Origin: an uncultured Synergistota bacterium
GTDB taxonomy: Bacteria; Synergistota; JAGHAJ01
Direction of reading: 5' to 3'
Assembly (NCBI GenBank): GCA_964559865.1
Contig: CAZLJD010000041.1
Span: forward strand, 10,343-74,342
Length of the DNA stretch: 64,000 bases
Shown: positions 49,143 through 59,353 of the stretch, one piece after another
Layout: every line of letters begins with the position of its first letter
Position numbering within the stretch: position 1 is the first letter of the stretch
Program-made: the position numbers and the translations under genes
The notes under the pieces: generated by a model
What the model saw: the letters and a program-made list of their open reading frames with translations, nothing else
Told to the model about the DNA's origin: nothing
Databases searched by the model: none

Positions 49143-50543
49143 TCATTGCTTTAAACTTCCCTTCACGAATTCGACCTTAAGTATCTTCTTGGTCTCCTTG
49201 GTTACCTTACAAGCTTCAGATACTCTCATCCCAACAACCCACACCACATCATCACCGCTAACCAAAAGAGGCACATCGTCTCTGTGAATAAACGGTACCT
49301 TCTCATTTATAAAGAACTTCTTAAGCCTCACTTCATAAGGCATACCATAAGGCCTGAACCTATCACCTTCCCTCCTGTTCCTTATAAGCAACGGCATACG
49401 AAGTCTCTCTGCATCAAGGTATGCAACAGAAGGCTCCCTTAAGACTCTCCCGTCAATAGGTGGGGTAATCAGCACTGCCTTAAAAAGCCCCCAACGAGTC
49501 CTTAACTCAAATGGAGGACAGAACTTATACTCGGTAGGATTAATAACTGTTTTTACCCTTTCGGATATATAAACTCTATCCTGTACCTTCTGAAGCACAA
49601 TACTCCCCGGAAGTTTTACCTCCTTATACCCAGCACTGCTAAGCACACGCAACATACTATCAAGATGCTTCCTGGATAGACCTTTCAAGTCCTTAGATAA
49701 CCTGCTAATAGCCATCAAAAACAACCTGTATTGCACTGAAACATGCTGCTGCAAGATAGCATTAACATCGGCAACCAACATGCCTTCTCTAAATTCAAAC
49801 AAATCTTCAAACACATTCTGCGTATACTCACGGATAAAGTCGTCTTCAACAGAAGCGTTCCGAGAAAGACTCAATAACGCCCCAGTTATATTGGGGTTAT
49901 ACCTTTCCCTTAGCAGTGGCAGTAGTTCCAGTCTTATTCTATTTCTCAAGTAAGAGGTATCTGCATTCGTTTCATCTATTCTATAAGATAAGTTATAACG
50001 TTCGCAAAATTGCAGGATCTCTGCTTTGGTCATACACAGCAGAGGTCTTATAATCCTTCCAGAAACAGGGTTCATACCCCTAAGGCCACTTACACTGCAA
50101 CCTCTTATAAACTTTAAGATAATGGTCTCAGCGTGGTCATCCAAGTTGTGAGCAACTGCAATCTTATCCGCACCTACTCTCTTCCTCACATCCTCAAGAA
50201 ACCTGTACCGCCCCATCCTCGCTGCGTCTTCAACAGACATCCTCTCATGAGCAGAAAGCCAGTTCACAGGATACCTGCCACAGGTAAAATCAACCGAAAG
50301 ACTCAAGGCTACATCTTGAGCCCACAAAGTTTCATCCTCAGCCATCTTCCTCAACATATGATTAAGATAAGCAATGTGAATGTAAAAGGATAGCTCTCTG
50401 GATAGAGCAGACAGTATATAGAGCATTGCAGTAGAATCAGGCCCTCCCGAAAAGGCAACAACAATTTTATCTCCTTCTCTTATCATCCTATTCGAAAGTA
50501 TGAACTCTCTTACATGTTTTGGTATTTCAATCTTAATAGCCAA
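49143..50543 (-). CDS. tilS: tRNA(Ile)-lysidine synthetase
   Basis: PP-loop VAFSGGPDS; 466 aa. Confidence 0.9.
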   Translation of the reverse strand: MAIKIEIPKHVREFILSNRMIREGDKIVVAFSGGPDSTAMLYILSALSRELSFYIHIAYLNHMLRKMAEDETLWAQDVALSLSVDFTCGRYPVNWLSAHERMSVEDAARMGRYRFLEDVRKRVGADKIAVAHNLDDHAETIILKFIRGCSVSGLRGMNPVSGRIIRPLLCMTKAEILQFCERYNLSYRIDETNADTSYLRNRIRLELLPLLRERYNPNITGALLSLSRNASVEDDFIREYTQNVFEDLFEFREGMLVADVNAILQQHVSVQYRLFLMAISRLSKDLKGLSRKHLDSMLRVLSSAGYKEVKLPGSIVLQKVQDRVYISERVKTVINPTEYKFCPPFELRTRWGLFKAVLITPPIDGRVLREPSVAYLDAERLRMPLLIRNRREGDRFRPYGMPYEVRLKKFFINEKVPFIHRDDVPLLVSGDDVVWVVGMRVSEACKVTKETKKILKVEFVKGSLKQ

Positions 50544-50553
50544 GATTCACACC

Positions 50554-51315
50554 TCACACTACTACTACATCAAGATCATTAGGGACAATGATCTCCCCTT
50601 CAAACTCCTCTCCAGCCTCCCGAATCAGATCCTCTACCTTATCCGTCAAAGCTGGTCCAATATGGACTAGAAACAACTTCTTAGCACCGCTCCAGTGCGC
50701 CACTCTGCCTGCATCCTTTGCCGTTGAATGTCCTCTTTGACCACCTGTAAGATAAAGGCTTTCATTACTTTCATGTATCAAAATATCAGCGTTCCTTGCA
50801 TTCTCAACGACACTCTCACACAGCTCAGTATCACTCGTGTAAACCACCTTCTTGTCATCCCAAACAACCTTCACACCCACATTTGGAATAGAATGTCTAA
50901 CTGGAAATGTATTCACTTCGAAATTCTCGCCCTTTATCACAGTAGAACCAGCCAGCGAAACGGGAGAGAACTTCAACGAAAAGTCCCTTAAACTATGTAA
51001 CCCATAGGCATCAATTACACTCTGCATTTTAACAAGAAAAGACTCAGGCAAGAATAAATCCAAACCACCTTTTTTGCCCATCATCCACAATACGTGTATC
51101 AACGAAGGTAAACCGTACGCGTGGTCTGGATGTATATGAGTGATAATTACATACCTAATATCTACAGGATTCCAACCAACTTTCATCATCTTTTGAACAA
51201 TACAACCAGGCGTATCTATTAACAGGATAACTCCCTCTATGCGGACCGCTAAAGCGGTATTATCTCGCAGTACCGTTGGCATTGCACCCGCAGTTCCAAG
51301 AAACAATATCTCCAT
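50554..51315 (-). CDS. MBL-fold metallo-hydrolase
   Basis: HIHPDH motif in a beta-lactamase fold. Confidence 0.8.
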   Translation of the reverse strand: MEILFLGTAGAMPTVLRDNTALAVRIEGVILLIDTPGCIVQKMMKVGWNPVDIRYVIITHIHPDHAYGLPSLIHVLWMMGKKGGLDLFLPESFLVKMQSVIDAYGLHSLRDFSLKFSPVSLAGSTVIKGENFEVNTFPVRHSIPNVGVKVVWDDKKVVYTSDTELCESVVENARNADILIHESNESLYLTGGQRGHSTAKDAGRVAHWSGAKKLFLVHIGPALTDKVEDLIREAGEEFEGEIIVPNDLDVVVV

Positions 51316-51476
51316 CTTCTCTCCTCACCCCCAACAAGCTGAAAATCAGCTAAACATCTTATTTATTGAAATAACAGTGAGATTTAAAAAATAACAGCCA
51401 ATTTTTCAAATAAAAGGATTTTGTCTCTCTGAAGCTAATTATACTATATGAAACAAAAGCAAAGGAGGTTGGTATA

Positions 51477-53048
51477 ATGAGAAGAGGTATTAGTATCTTA
51501 ATCCTGGGACTACTCGTCGTATTTATGGCTTCATTTCCCGCTATGGCGTTAGACCGTTCAAAAGTGGTAATTGTTGCAACGCCAGAAGACCCAACCACAT
51601 TAGACCCAGGAGTTGCGTGGGATCCAAAGAGTGCACTAGTAATAAGAAATTGCTACAACACCTTGGTAGTGCTCGACGGTCCAAGCGCAACAAAGGTAAA
51701 GGGGGAGTTAGCTGAAAGGTGGACTGTAGGGGACAACGGTAAAAGTTACACTTTCTATTTAAGAAAAGGAGTCAAGTTCCAAGATGGAACAGAACTAACT
51801 GCAAAAGACGTGAAGTACTCAATTGAAAGGACAATAAAAATAGGAAAAGGACCTGGCAGCCAGCTTAAAACAGTAATAAGCAATATAGAGGTGCTGGGCA
51901 AATACAAGATCAAGTTTACATTAAAGCATCCCGTTCCCTGGTTCCTAACGCTGATAGCCCAAACCGGATCTTCTGTTCTCAACAGTAAACTTGTTAAGGC
52001 ACACAGTACTACAAAAGACCCATGGGCACAAAACTGGCTACACGACAAAGTTGCAGGTTCAGGACCATACACATTAGAAAGTTGGAGACACGAGCAACAG
52101 GTGGTACTAAAGAGGAATCCAAATTACTTTATGGGTTGGAAAAAACCCTACTTTGAGAAGGTAATAATAAGGACAATCAAGGAACCGTCCGAAAGAAGGC
52201 TTCTGTTAGAAAAAGGAGATGTGGACATCGCTTACAGGATATCCGAGGATGATATCCTAAAGGTCAAAAAGGAAAAAGGGATAAAGGTTTTAACACAACC
52301 ATCACTGACCATATTCTATATTGGGCTTAACACCACGAAAGGACCATTAAAAGATGTCAAGGTAAGACAGGCACTTGCATACGCATTCGACTACAACGCA
52401 TTTATAAAGTATGCAATGAAAGGACTGGTAAAGAGGTTAAAGGGGCCTGAACCCAGCGCAATATGGAAGTACGACTCTTCGTACCCCGTATATTACAGAG
52501 ACCTAAAGAAGGCAAAGAAGTTACTCGCAGAGGCAGGCTATCCAAACGGTGGTTTCACTCTCAACTTCGTGGTTGAAACAGGCGGCTATATCCATAAGCA
52601 GGCTGCCCTCGTCCTCCAGCAGAGTGTGAAGAAACTGGGCATAAAGATCAAAATTCAGTTCCTCTCCTGGACAACCATCTGGGCAAAGATGGGTAACAAA
52701 AAGGAAGCACCACAGATATTTGATACTCACTGGTATGCAGATTATGCAGATCCAGAAGACTTTGTGCAGTACGAATACCACTCGTCCATGTTTGGAAATA
52801 AGGGCTTCAATGAATCTTACTATAAGAATCCCACCGTCGATAAACTATTAGACGAAGCAAGATACATGACAGACAAGAAAAAGAGAAAAGAACTATACGA
52901 AAAGGCAATAAAGATCATAATGAGAGACTGCCCTGCCATCTGGGTTGCAGAAAGGCTCCAGATAGTGGCAACAAGAGATTGGATAAAGGGATACACGCTA
53001 AATCCGATATACTACGAAACACCTTGTTTCTACGGCATACACAAATAA
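51477..53048 (+). CDS. ABC transporter substrate-binding protein, family 5
   Basis: Signal peptide, 523 aa, SBP_bac_5 architecture. Confidence 0.9.
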   Translation: MRRGISILILGLLVVFMASFPAMALDRSKVVIVATPEDPTTLDPGVAWDPKSALVIRNCYNTLVVLDGPSATKVKGELAERWTVGDNGKSYTFYLRKGVKFQDGTELTAKDVKYSIERTIKIGKGPGSQLKTVISNIEVLGKYKIKFTLKHPVPWFLTLIAQTGSSVLNSKLVKAHSTTKDPWAQNWLHDKVAGSGPYTLESWRHEQQVVLKRNPNYFMGWKKPYFEKVIIRTIKEPSERRLLLEKGDVDIAYRISEDDILKVKKEKGIKVLTQPSLTIFYIGLNTTKGPLKDVKVRQALAYAFDYNAFIKYAMKGLVKRLKGPEPSAIWKYDSSYPVYYRDLKKAKKLLAEAGYPNGGFTLNFVVETGGYIHKQAALVLQQSVKKLGIKIKIQFLSWTTIWAKMGNKKEAPQIFDTHWYADYADPEDFVQYEYHSSMFGNKGFNESYYKNPTVDKLLDEARYMTDKKKRKELYEKAIKIIMRDCPAIWVAERLQIVATRDWIKGYTLNPIYYETPCFYGIHK

Positions 53049-53051
53049 GCT

Positions 53052-53088
53052 TTTTAGGGGTGGGGCTTTCCCCCGCTCCCTAAAATAA
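53052..53088 (+). promoter_or_regulatory. Intercistronic GC-rich stem-loop between the SBP and permease genes
   Basis: TTTAGGGGTGGGGctttCCCCCGCTCCCTAAA is an imperfect inverted repeat. Confidence 0.4.
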
Positions 53089-53104
53089 CAACAGGGAGCA
53101 AAAA

Positions 53105-54121
53105 ATGAAGCTATATCAATACATTTTGCGGAGACTTTTGTTTCTCATACCGGTACTTCTTGGCACAGTGACCATCACATTTTTTCTGATGTATGCAGTT
53201 CCAAGTAATCCTGCACGGATGATAGCAGGGCCACATGCTACCGGAGACCAACTAAAACATATAACAAAAGAACTTGGCTTAGATCAACCTTTATACATAC
53301 AGTACTTTAGATACATAGGAAGGTTACTAAAAGGGGACTTTGGGCGTTCAATATTGACAAGGAGACCCGTGCTCCAAGAACTCAAGACATATTTCCCCGC
53401 TACATTCGAATTAACTCTTGTGAGTATGCTTATAATGGTACCTTTAGGCATACTGTTCGGAGTGATCTCCGCAGTCAAGAGGAACTCAATAGCAGACCAC
53501 TCCATAAGGATATTTGCCTTAAGCGGCGTATCAATGCCTATATACTGGCTGGGACTTATACTTTTACTGGTATTTTACTTTAAACTCGGCATACTCCCTG
53601 GACCAGGCAGAATAGATCCATACATTACCCCACCTAAAGACATAACCGGATTATATCTTCTCGACAGCCTCATAACGGGAAACTGGGAGGCATTCACAAA
53701 TTCCTTAAAACACATAATACTACCAGCTATAACACTTGCATACGCCACAACAGGTATGACAGCAAGAATTACAAGATCATCAATGTTAGAAGTCATACAA
53801 GCAGAGTACATCAAAACTGCAAAAGCAAAGGGCTTAAGCCCACGAGCTATCATCGTAAGGCATGCACTAAGAAATGCGCTCATAGCCCCAATAACACTAA
53901 TAGGCTATGAATTTGGCTACCTACTGGCAGGAGCAGTCCTCACGGAAACAATATTTGGATGGCCCGGACTTGGTAGGTACGCCGTGGAATCCATGACAAA
54001 TGTGGATTTTCCAGCGGTGTTAGGGGTGGTAATACTTATGACATTCATCTATGTGATCATGAACCTACTGGTGGATATAGCGTACGTAATCATAGATCCT
54101 CGGATAAGGTTGGGAAAGTGA
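53105..54121 (+). CDS. ABC transporter permease (DppB type)
   Basis: Permease motifs; 338 aa. Confidence 0.9.
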   Translation: MKLYQYILRRLLFLIPVLLGTVTITFFLMYAVPSNPARMIAGPHATGDQLKHITKELGLDQPLYIQYFRYIGRLLKGDFGRSILTRRPVLQELKTYFPATFELTLVSMLIMVPLGILFGVISAVKRNSIADHSIRIFALSGVSMPIYWLGLILLLVFYFKLGILPGPGRIDPYITPPKDITGLYLLDSLITGNWEAFTNSLKHIILPAITLAYATTGMTARITRSSMLEVIQAEYIKTAKAKGLSPRAIIVRHALRNALIAPITLIGYEFGYLLAGAVLTETIFGWPGLGRYAVESMTNVDFPAVLGVVILMTFIYVIMNLLVDIAYVIIDPRIRLGK

Positions 54122-54122
54122 A

Positions 54123-55013
54123 ATGAAGGGATTAAAAGGCTGGGTAAGGAGACACGAGTCACAGATAAAGGAGCTGAAGTACACAGGCTTTCTAATAAGG
54201 AGAAATACTCTCATAATAACAGGTTTTGTAATTGTCGGCGTAATGGTAGCTCTCGGCATACTTGCACCCTTCATAGCCCCATATGACCCAACCGATATGC
54301 AGTTTTCACAGAGGTTGCTTCCTCCATCTGCAAAACACCTACTTGGAACGGACAGTGACGGTATGGACATATTCAGCAGGATAGTGTACGGCATACGGTT
54401 AGACCTGCTTATAGCCATCACAGTGATACTGATGGTAGGTGTATTTGGCACTGTGCTTGGTGTATTCTCAGGATACTATGGAGGCAGATTAGACGAAGTA
54501 ACTATGCGAATAGCAGACATATTTCTATCATTTCCGTACCTCTTACTCGCAATGGCGATAGCAGCTGTACTTGGGCCAAGCATCTTTCACTCTATTATAG
54601 CTATTTCCGTAACATGGTGGCCTATATATGCAAGATTGGCAAGGGGTGCAACCCTATCCGTAAAGGAAAGAGAGTTTGTAGAAGCATCAAGAGCCTTAGG
54701 AGAGAGTAACCTTTACATAATATTCAGACACATATTACCAAATGTTATAGCACCTCTATTAGTTCAGGCAACTCTGGACATGGGCAATGTGATATTAGAG
54801 GCTGCAGCCCTCAGCTTTATCGGGTTAGGCGCTCAACCACCACAACCAGAGCTCGGACTCATGATAAGCGTGGGAAGAAACTTCATGAGAGACTATTGGT
54901 GGGTAGCAACATTCCCGGGTATAACCATACTTATAATAGTCTTGGGATTCAATCTGATGGGCGATGGATTAAGAGATCTATTAGATCCAAAAGTAAGAAG
55001 GAGCTTACTATGA
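54123..55013 (+). CDS. ABC transporter permease (DppC type)
   Basis: Permease motifs; 296 aa. Confidence 0.9.
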   Translation: MKGLKGWVRRHESQIKELKYTGFLIRRNTLIITGFVIVGVMVALGILAPFIAPYDPTDMQFSQRLLPPSAKHLLGTDSDGMDIFSRIVYGIRLDLLIAITVILMVGVFGTVLGVFSGYYGGRLDEVTMRIADIFLSFPYLLLAMAIAAVLGPSIFHSIIAISVTWWPIYARLARGATLSVKEREFVEASRALGESNLYIIFRHILPNVIAPLLVQATLDMGNVILEAAALSFIGLGAQPPQPELGLMISVGRNFMRDYWWVATFPGITILIIVLGFNLMGDGLRDLLDPKVRRSLL

Positions 55014-55987
55014 AAAAAAAGCCATTACTGGAGATAAAAGGGCTAAAAACATACTTTTATACATACGAGGGCACGGTAAAAGCATTACATAACGTCAACA
55101 TCACGATAAACGAGGGTGAGATATTCGGTCTCGTGGGAGAAACAGGCTGTGGCAAAAGCGTGACAGCACTCTCTACAATGAGGCTCATAGAGTCGCCCGG
55201 CAAGATTGTTGGAGGAGAGATACTCTTCCAAGGCAAAGATTTGACGAAACTTTCCGAAGAAGAGATGCAAGAAATAAGAGGCAACAGTATTTCAATGATA
55301 TTCCAAGACCCAATGGCATCACTTAACCCTCTAATGAAAATAGGGAAGCAAATCGCAGAGGTGTTAGAGGTACATCAAAAACACTACAACAAAGCAGAAT
55401 TGAGACAAAAGATATTAGAGGTCTTACGTATGGTAAGACTTCCCTCGCCTGAACGGATAGTGGAAAGCTATCCGTTTGAACTTTCTGGTGGAATGAGGCA
55501 GAGGGTAATGATCGCAATGATGCTATCAACAAACCCTAAGTTGCTCATAGCAGATGAACCCACAACTGCTTTGGATGTAACCATACAGGCACAGATACTA
55601 CGCATACTAAAAGAAATGAAAGAAAAACTCAACGTATCTATATGGCTCATTACGCATGACCTCGGCGTAGTGGCAGAGACGTGCGATAGGGTATGCGTAA
55701 TGTACGCAGGAAATGTTGTAGAGTGTGCAGATGTTATAGAGATATTTAAGAACCCCCTCCATCCTTACACAAAAGGACTTTTAAAAGCAATACCAAGCGC
55801 AAATAGAAGGGTTGAAGAACTTAATACTATCCCAGGCTCTGTTCCAAACCTGATAAATCCACCATCAGGCTGTAGGTTCCACCCACGATGCCCAAACAGA
55901 ATGGATATATGTGACAAGATAGAACCTAAAAGTACACGAGTAAGCGAAAATCACACCGTATCTTGCCATATATACAGCGGAGGATAA
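55010..55987 (+). CDS. ABC transporter ATP-binding protein (DppD type)
   Basis: [17 protein letters not shown] and CRFHPRCP motifs. Start is the ATG at 55010 (ATGA overlap, AGGAG RBS), not 54896. Confidence 0.9.
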   Translation: MKKKPLLEIKGLKTYFYTYEGTVKALHNVNITINEGEIFGLVGETGCGKSVTALSTMRLIESPGKIVGGEILFQGKDLTKLSEEEMQEIRGNSISMIFQDPMASLNPLMKIGKQIAEVLEVHQKHYNKAELRQKILEVLRMVRLPSPERIVESYPFELSGGMRQRVMIAMMLSTNPKLLIADEPTTALDVTIQAQILRILKEMKEKLNVSIWLITHDLGVVAETCDRVCVMYAGNVVECADVIEIFKNPLHPYTKGLLKAIPSANRRVEELNTIPGSVPNLINPPSGCRFHPRCPNRMDICDKIEPKSTRVSENHTVSCHIYSGG

Positions 55988-55992
55988 AATAG

Positions 55993-57069
55993 ATGTTAGA
56001 GATAAGAGAACTTAAAAAATACTTTCCCATAAAGGGTGGTATATTTCAAAGAAAGGCCATAAACTTCGTAAAGGCCGTGGACAACGTTAGCTTTAGTGTA
56101 AAGAAGGGAGAAACGCTGGCGTTAGTGGGAGAAAGTGGCTGCGGGAAAACCACACTTGGAAGAACCATACTGAGATTAATAGAGCCCACTTCTGGAAGTA
56201 TATTCTTCAACACCCCACCAGAGATATTGAAAGAGATCGACCTACTAAAAGAAAAAATCCAAGAAAAATCGGCAACAAGAGAGGAAATAGAAAGGTTCAA
56301 CGAGCTAAACAAGAATTACAACATTGCTCTGAAAGACGAAAAAGAACTCAAAAAGCTCAGAAAGGAGATGCAAATTGTATTCCAAGACCCACTGTCATCA
56401 CTTGATCCAAGAATGACAATAAGGGAAACACTAAGTGAACCCTTAAGGATACACGAACGCTTAAAAAAAGAGGAAATAGAGAGAAGGGTATTAGAGCTGC
56501 TGCAAAGTGCAGGGCTAAAGGAAGAACACATGTACCGCTATCCGCATGAGTTCTCTGGCGGACAGAGACAAAGAATATGCATACTCCGTGCAATATCCCT
56601 CAAACCCAAATTTTTGGTTCTGGACGAACCTACATCTGCGTTAGATGTTTCCGTACAAGCACAGATACTAAACCTGCTAAAGAGGCTACAAAAGGAGTTT
56701 GATTTGACATACCTATTCATAACTCACGATCTCAGCGTAGTGAGATTCATGAGCACAAGGGTAGCTGTAATGTATTTAGGCAAAATAGTAGAAATGGCTC
56801 CAACAGAGGAACTCTTCAATCACCCACTTCACCCATGTACACAATCTCTGTTAGAAGCAGTCCCTATACCAGAACCACTCGCAAAGAGAGAAAAACATAT
56901 CATCGAAGGAGATGTCCCCTCTCCCGTGAATCCACCAAGCGGATGCAGATTTCACACAAGGTGTCCTTACGCTACGGAAGCATGCTCTAAGGAAGAGCCT
57001 CCTCTCATGGAAGTATCTCCAGAACATCTGGTAGCATGCCCATTCATAGACAAAATCAAGAAGAGCTAA
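55993..57069 (+). CDS. ABC transporter ATP-binding protein (DppF type) with a roughly 50-aa charged insertion
   Basis: [17 protein letters not shown] and CRFHTRCP motifs, with an insertion between the P-loop and Q-loop. Confidence 0.9.
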   Translation: MLEIRELKKYFPIKGGIFQRKAINFVKAVDNVSFSVKKGETLALVGESGCGKTTLGRTILRLIEPTSGSIFFNTPPEILKEIDLLKEKIQEKSATREEIERFNELNKNYNIALKDEKELKKLRKEMQIVFQDPLSSLDPRMTIRETLSEPLRIHERLKKEEIERRVLELLQSAGLKEEHMYRYPHEFSGGQRQRICILRAISLKPKFLVLDEPTSALDVSVQAQILNLLKRLQKEFDLTYLFITHDLSVVRFMSTRVAVMYLGKIVEMAPTEELFNHPLHPCTQSLLEAVPIPEPLAKREKHIIEGDVPSPVNPPSGCRFHTRCPYATEACSKEEPPLMEVSPEHLVACPFIDKIKKS

Positions 57070-58600
57070 AAACTACCTCTCCATCAACCATAGTGAGAAC
57101 AACACGAAGCTTATCAAGGTTATTCTCTTCAAGCCTACCAGAGAGAACTACCATATCTGCCTTCTTTCCTACTTCCAAGCTACCTATATCAGAATCTTCA
57201 AAGACAGAGTAAGCAGCGTCTATAGTGAACATCTTAACTGCTTCAAGGAGTGACAAGCGTTCTTGTGGTATAAATACCTTTCCATCTCTATCCACCCTTG
57301 TAATTGCACTCTGTATCCCTTTGAGTGGGTCGTGCAAGCAAACTGGAGCATCAGAACCACCACTAACCACCACACCAGCATCTTTCAGCTTTTTCCATGC
57401 ATAAGCATAATCCAATCTACTGCTACCAATTCTATCAACCACCCATGGAGCGTCATAAAACACAAATACTGGTTGGACAGAAGCTATAACATCAAACTGT
57501 GCCATCTTCTCAACTATCTCTTTGCTCAACACCTGACAGTGCTCCAACCTTGGCCTTAGATATTGTATTCCCTCAACCATTCCAAATACCGAAACAGCCT
57601 CAAGGGCTGCACCATCTCCTATCACATGCACTGCAACCTGAAGGCCGCTTCTGGTAGCCTTCTCAACCATTCTCAAGAGTTCTTCCCTCGAATAGTTTAG
57701 GATACCTACATTATCCTCATCATCTGCATAAGGCTCTATAAGATAAGCTGTATGCGCACCAAGGCTACCGTCCATAAGCACCTTCAAACCCATTATCTTG
57801 ACTTCGCTACTCCCAAACCGGTGTTCTACCCCTAAACTCACCATAGCATCAAGGTATTCCGGCATCATATAAAGCCTCACCTTAAAAGGAAAGTGCTTTC
57901 TCATAGCAAGCTTCTGGTACACTCTAAGATTAGCCTCCTTGCCCCCCATGTCAACAACCGTAGTAAGCCCCAACTTAAACATATCTCTAAAGACATGCTC
58001 AGCAGCATCTACAAGCCTACTATATGGTGGTAAAGGAACAGCGTCCATCACCTTCTCTAACAGATTCTCCTTAAGTAGCCCCTTCTGAAACTCCAGATTG
58101 CTATCGTCTTTATCAAGCATATTTGACAAGAGTCGTAAAGCCTCAGTATTCGCAATCCCTACATGCCCACACGTCCTTACAAGGATAACAGGGTTATTCG
58201 GCGCTACTTTATCTATTTCTATCCTATCAGGGAACCTCTTCTCATCTATAAATAGGGTGTCATCCCACCCTCTTCCTATCAGCCATTCACCAGGCTCAAG
58301 CTTATTTACTCTGTCTCCGACAACTTCAATAAGTTCAGAGATAGATCTAACCTCCGTCAAGTCGAGGTTTAGGGTCTGCATAATCAATCCAAATGGATGA
58401 ATATGTGAGTCTATCAAACCTGGCAGAAGTGTCTTACCCTCCAAATCCAACACATCATCGTCTTCAGAAAGCATATTTCTCACGCTTTCATCACTTCCCA
58501 TATAGAGAATCCTACCATTCTCAACTACAACTCCACCTCTATAACGTTCTCCCACCACGGGGAAAACATCAGCATTTACGAACGCCATCTTTTTCATCAA
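57056..58600 (-). CDS. Amidohydrolase-3 family metal-dependent hydrolase (D-aminoacylase / formamide-deformylase-like)
   Basis: TLLPGLIDSHIHPFG N-terminal metal site; 514 aa. Confidence 0.75.
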   Translation of the reverse strand: MMKKMAFVNADVFPVVGERYRGGVVVENGRILYMGSDESVRNMLSEDDDVLDLEGKTLLPGLIDSHIHPFGLIMQTLNLDLTEVRSISELIEVVGDRVNKLEPGEWLIGRGWDDTLFIDEKRFPDRIEIDKVAPNNPVILVRTCGHVGIANTEALRLLSNMLDKDDSNLEFQKGLLKENLLEKVMDAVPLPPYSRLVDAAEHVFRDMFKLGLTTVVDMGGKEANLRVYQKLAMRKHFPFKVRLYMMPEYLDAMVSLGVEHRFGSSEVKIMGLKVLMDGSLGAHTAYLIEPYADDEDNVGILNYSREELLRMVEKATRSGLQVAVHVIGDGAALEAVSVFGMVEGIQYLRPRLEHCQVLSKEIVEKMAQFDVIASVQPVFVFYDAPWVVDRIGSSRLDYAYAWKKLKDAGVVVSGGSDAPVCLHDPLKGIQSAITRVDRDGKVFIPQERLSLLEAVKMFTIDAAYSVFEDSDIGSLEVGKKADMVVLSGRLEENNLDKLRVVLTMVDGEVVFSSS

Positions 58601-59353
58601 CTACACCCCCCATCCAAAACCCCTGACTATCTCTATACCCTTTTTAAAAACTCCTCCCGTCTCAAGTATATAGTCTATGAACTTCTCTAACATAGATATC
58701 CGTGAAGCCCTCCCTATGCACGCAGGATGAACCAACAAGGGGAAGTAAGGTACTTCCAACTCGCGCAGGGAATCATATTCACTCTTCCACATATCAAAAA
58801 CATATGAGGGAGTCATACGTTCCACTTCAAACAAAATCCAATCATCGAGATAATCAGCTACAGGGAGCTCAAAGATTGCCCTATCCCCAAAACTGAATTC
58901 GTGGGGTAGATCGCTATCCATGAGACTGCTATCATAAACAATGCCAATCCGCTGAAGGATAGAAAACGTATTTTCGGTAATCTCCCAATACGGCTTCCTA
59001 AAGCCATAGACGTCAGCAAATGATGAGAGTATATCATAACCAGTTTTAAGCACATCTACTTCATCCTCGTAATTCAGCTCTTCTAGCTTCTCATGTCTAT
59101 AACCGTGAAGCGCTACTTCATGTCCATCTTGCACTATCTCGGAAACCCTATCAGGGTACCGCTCTGCAACCCATCCAGGGATAAAGAATGTCAACCTGAG
59201 TTCATACTTTCTAAAAAGGTTCAGAATCCTCGTCAGTCCAACATTAAGACTAAACTGCGCCTTTGATATCTTAACCAAACTATGAGGATAGTAATACCTT
59301 TCTGCACTGTCTGCATCAAAATCTACTGACAAAAATACCTGAATGTTATTCAT
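58601..59353 (-). CDS. Polysaccharide deacetylase (NodB-homology) family protein
   Basis: FFIPGWVAERYPDRVSEIVQDGHEVALHGYRHE motif. Confidence 0.8.
   Translation of the reverse strand: MNNIQVFLSVDFDADSAERYYYPHSLVKISKAQFSLNVGLTRILNLFRKYELRLTFFIPGWVAERYPDRVSEIVQDGHEVALHGYRHEKLEELNYEDEVDVLKTGYDILSSFADVYGFRKPYWEITENTFSILQRIGIVYDSSLMDSDLPHEFSFGDRAIFELPVADYLDDWILFEVERMTPSYVFDMWKSEYDSLRELEVPYFPLLVHPACIGRASRISMLEKFIDYILETGGVFKKGIEIVRGFGWGV

Noticed and set aside
54896-55009. Upstream extension of the DppD-type ATPase ORF (MVGSNIPGY...)
   Set aside because: The extension lies wholly inside the preceding permease gene. A downstream ATG at 55010 has an AGGAG RBS and the ATGA coupling typical of this operon.
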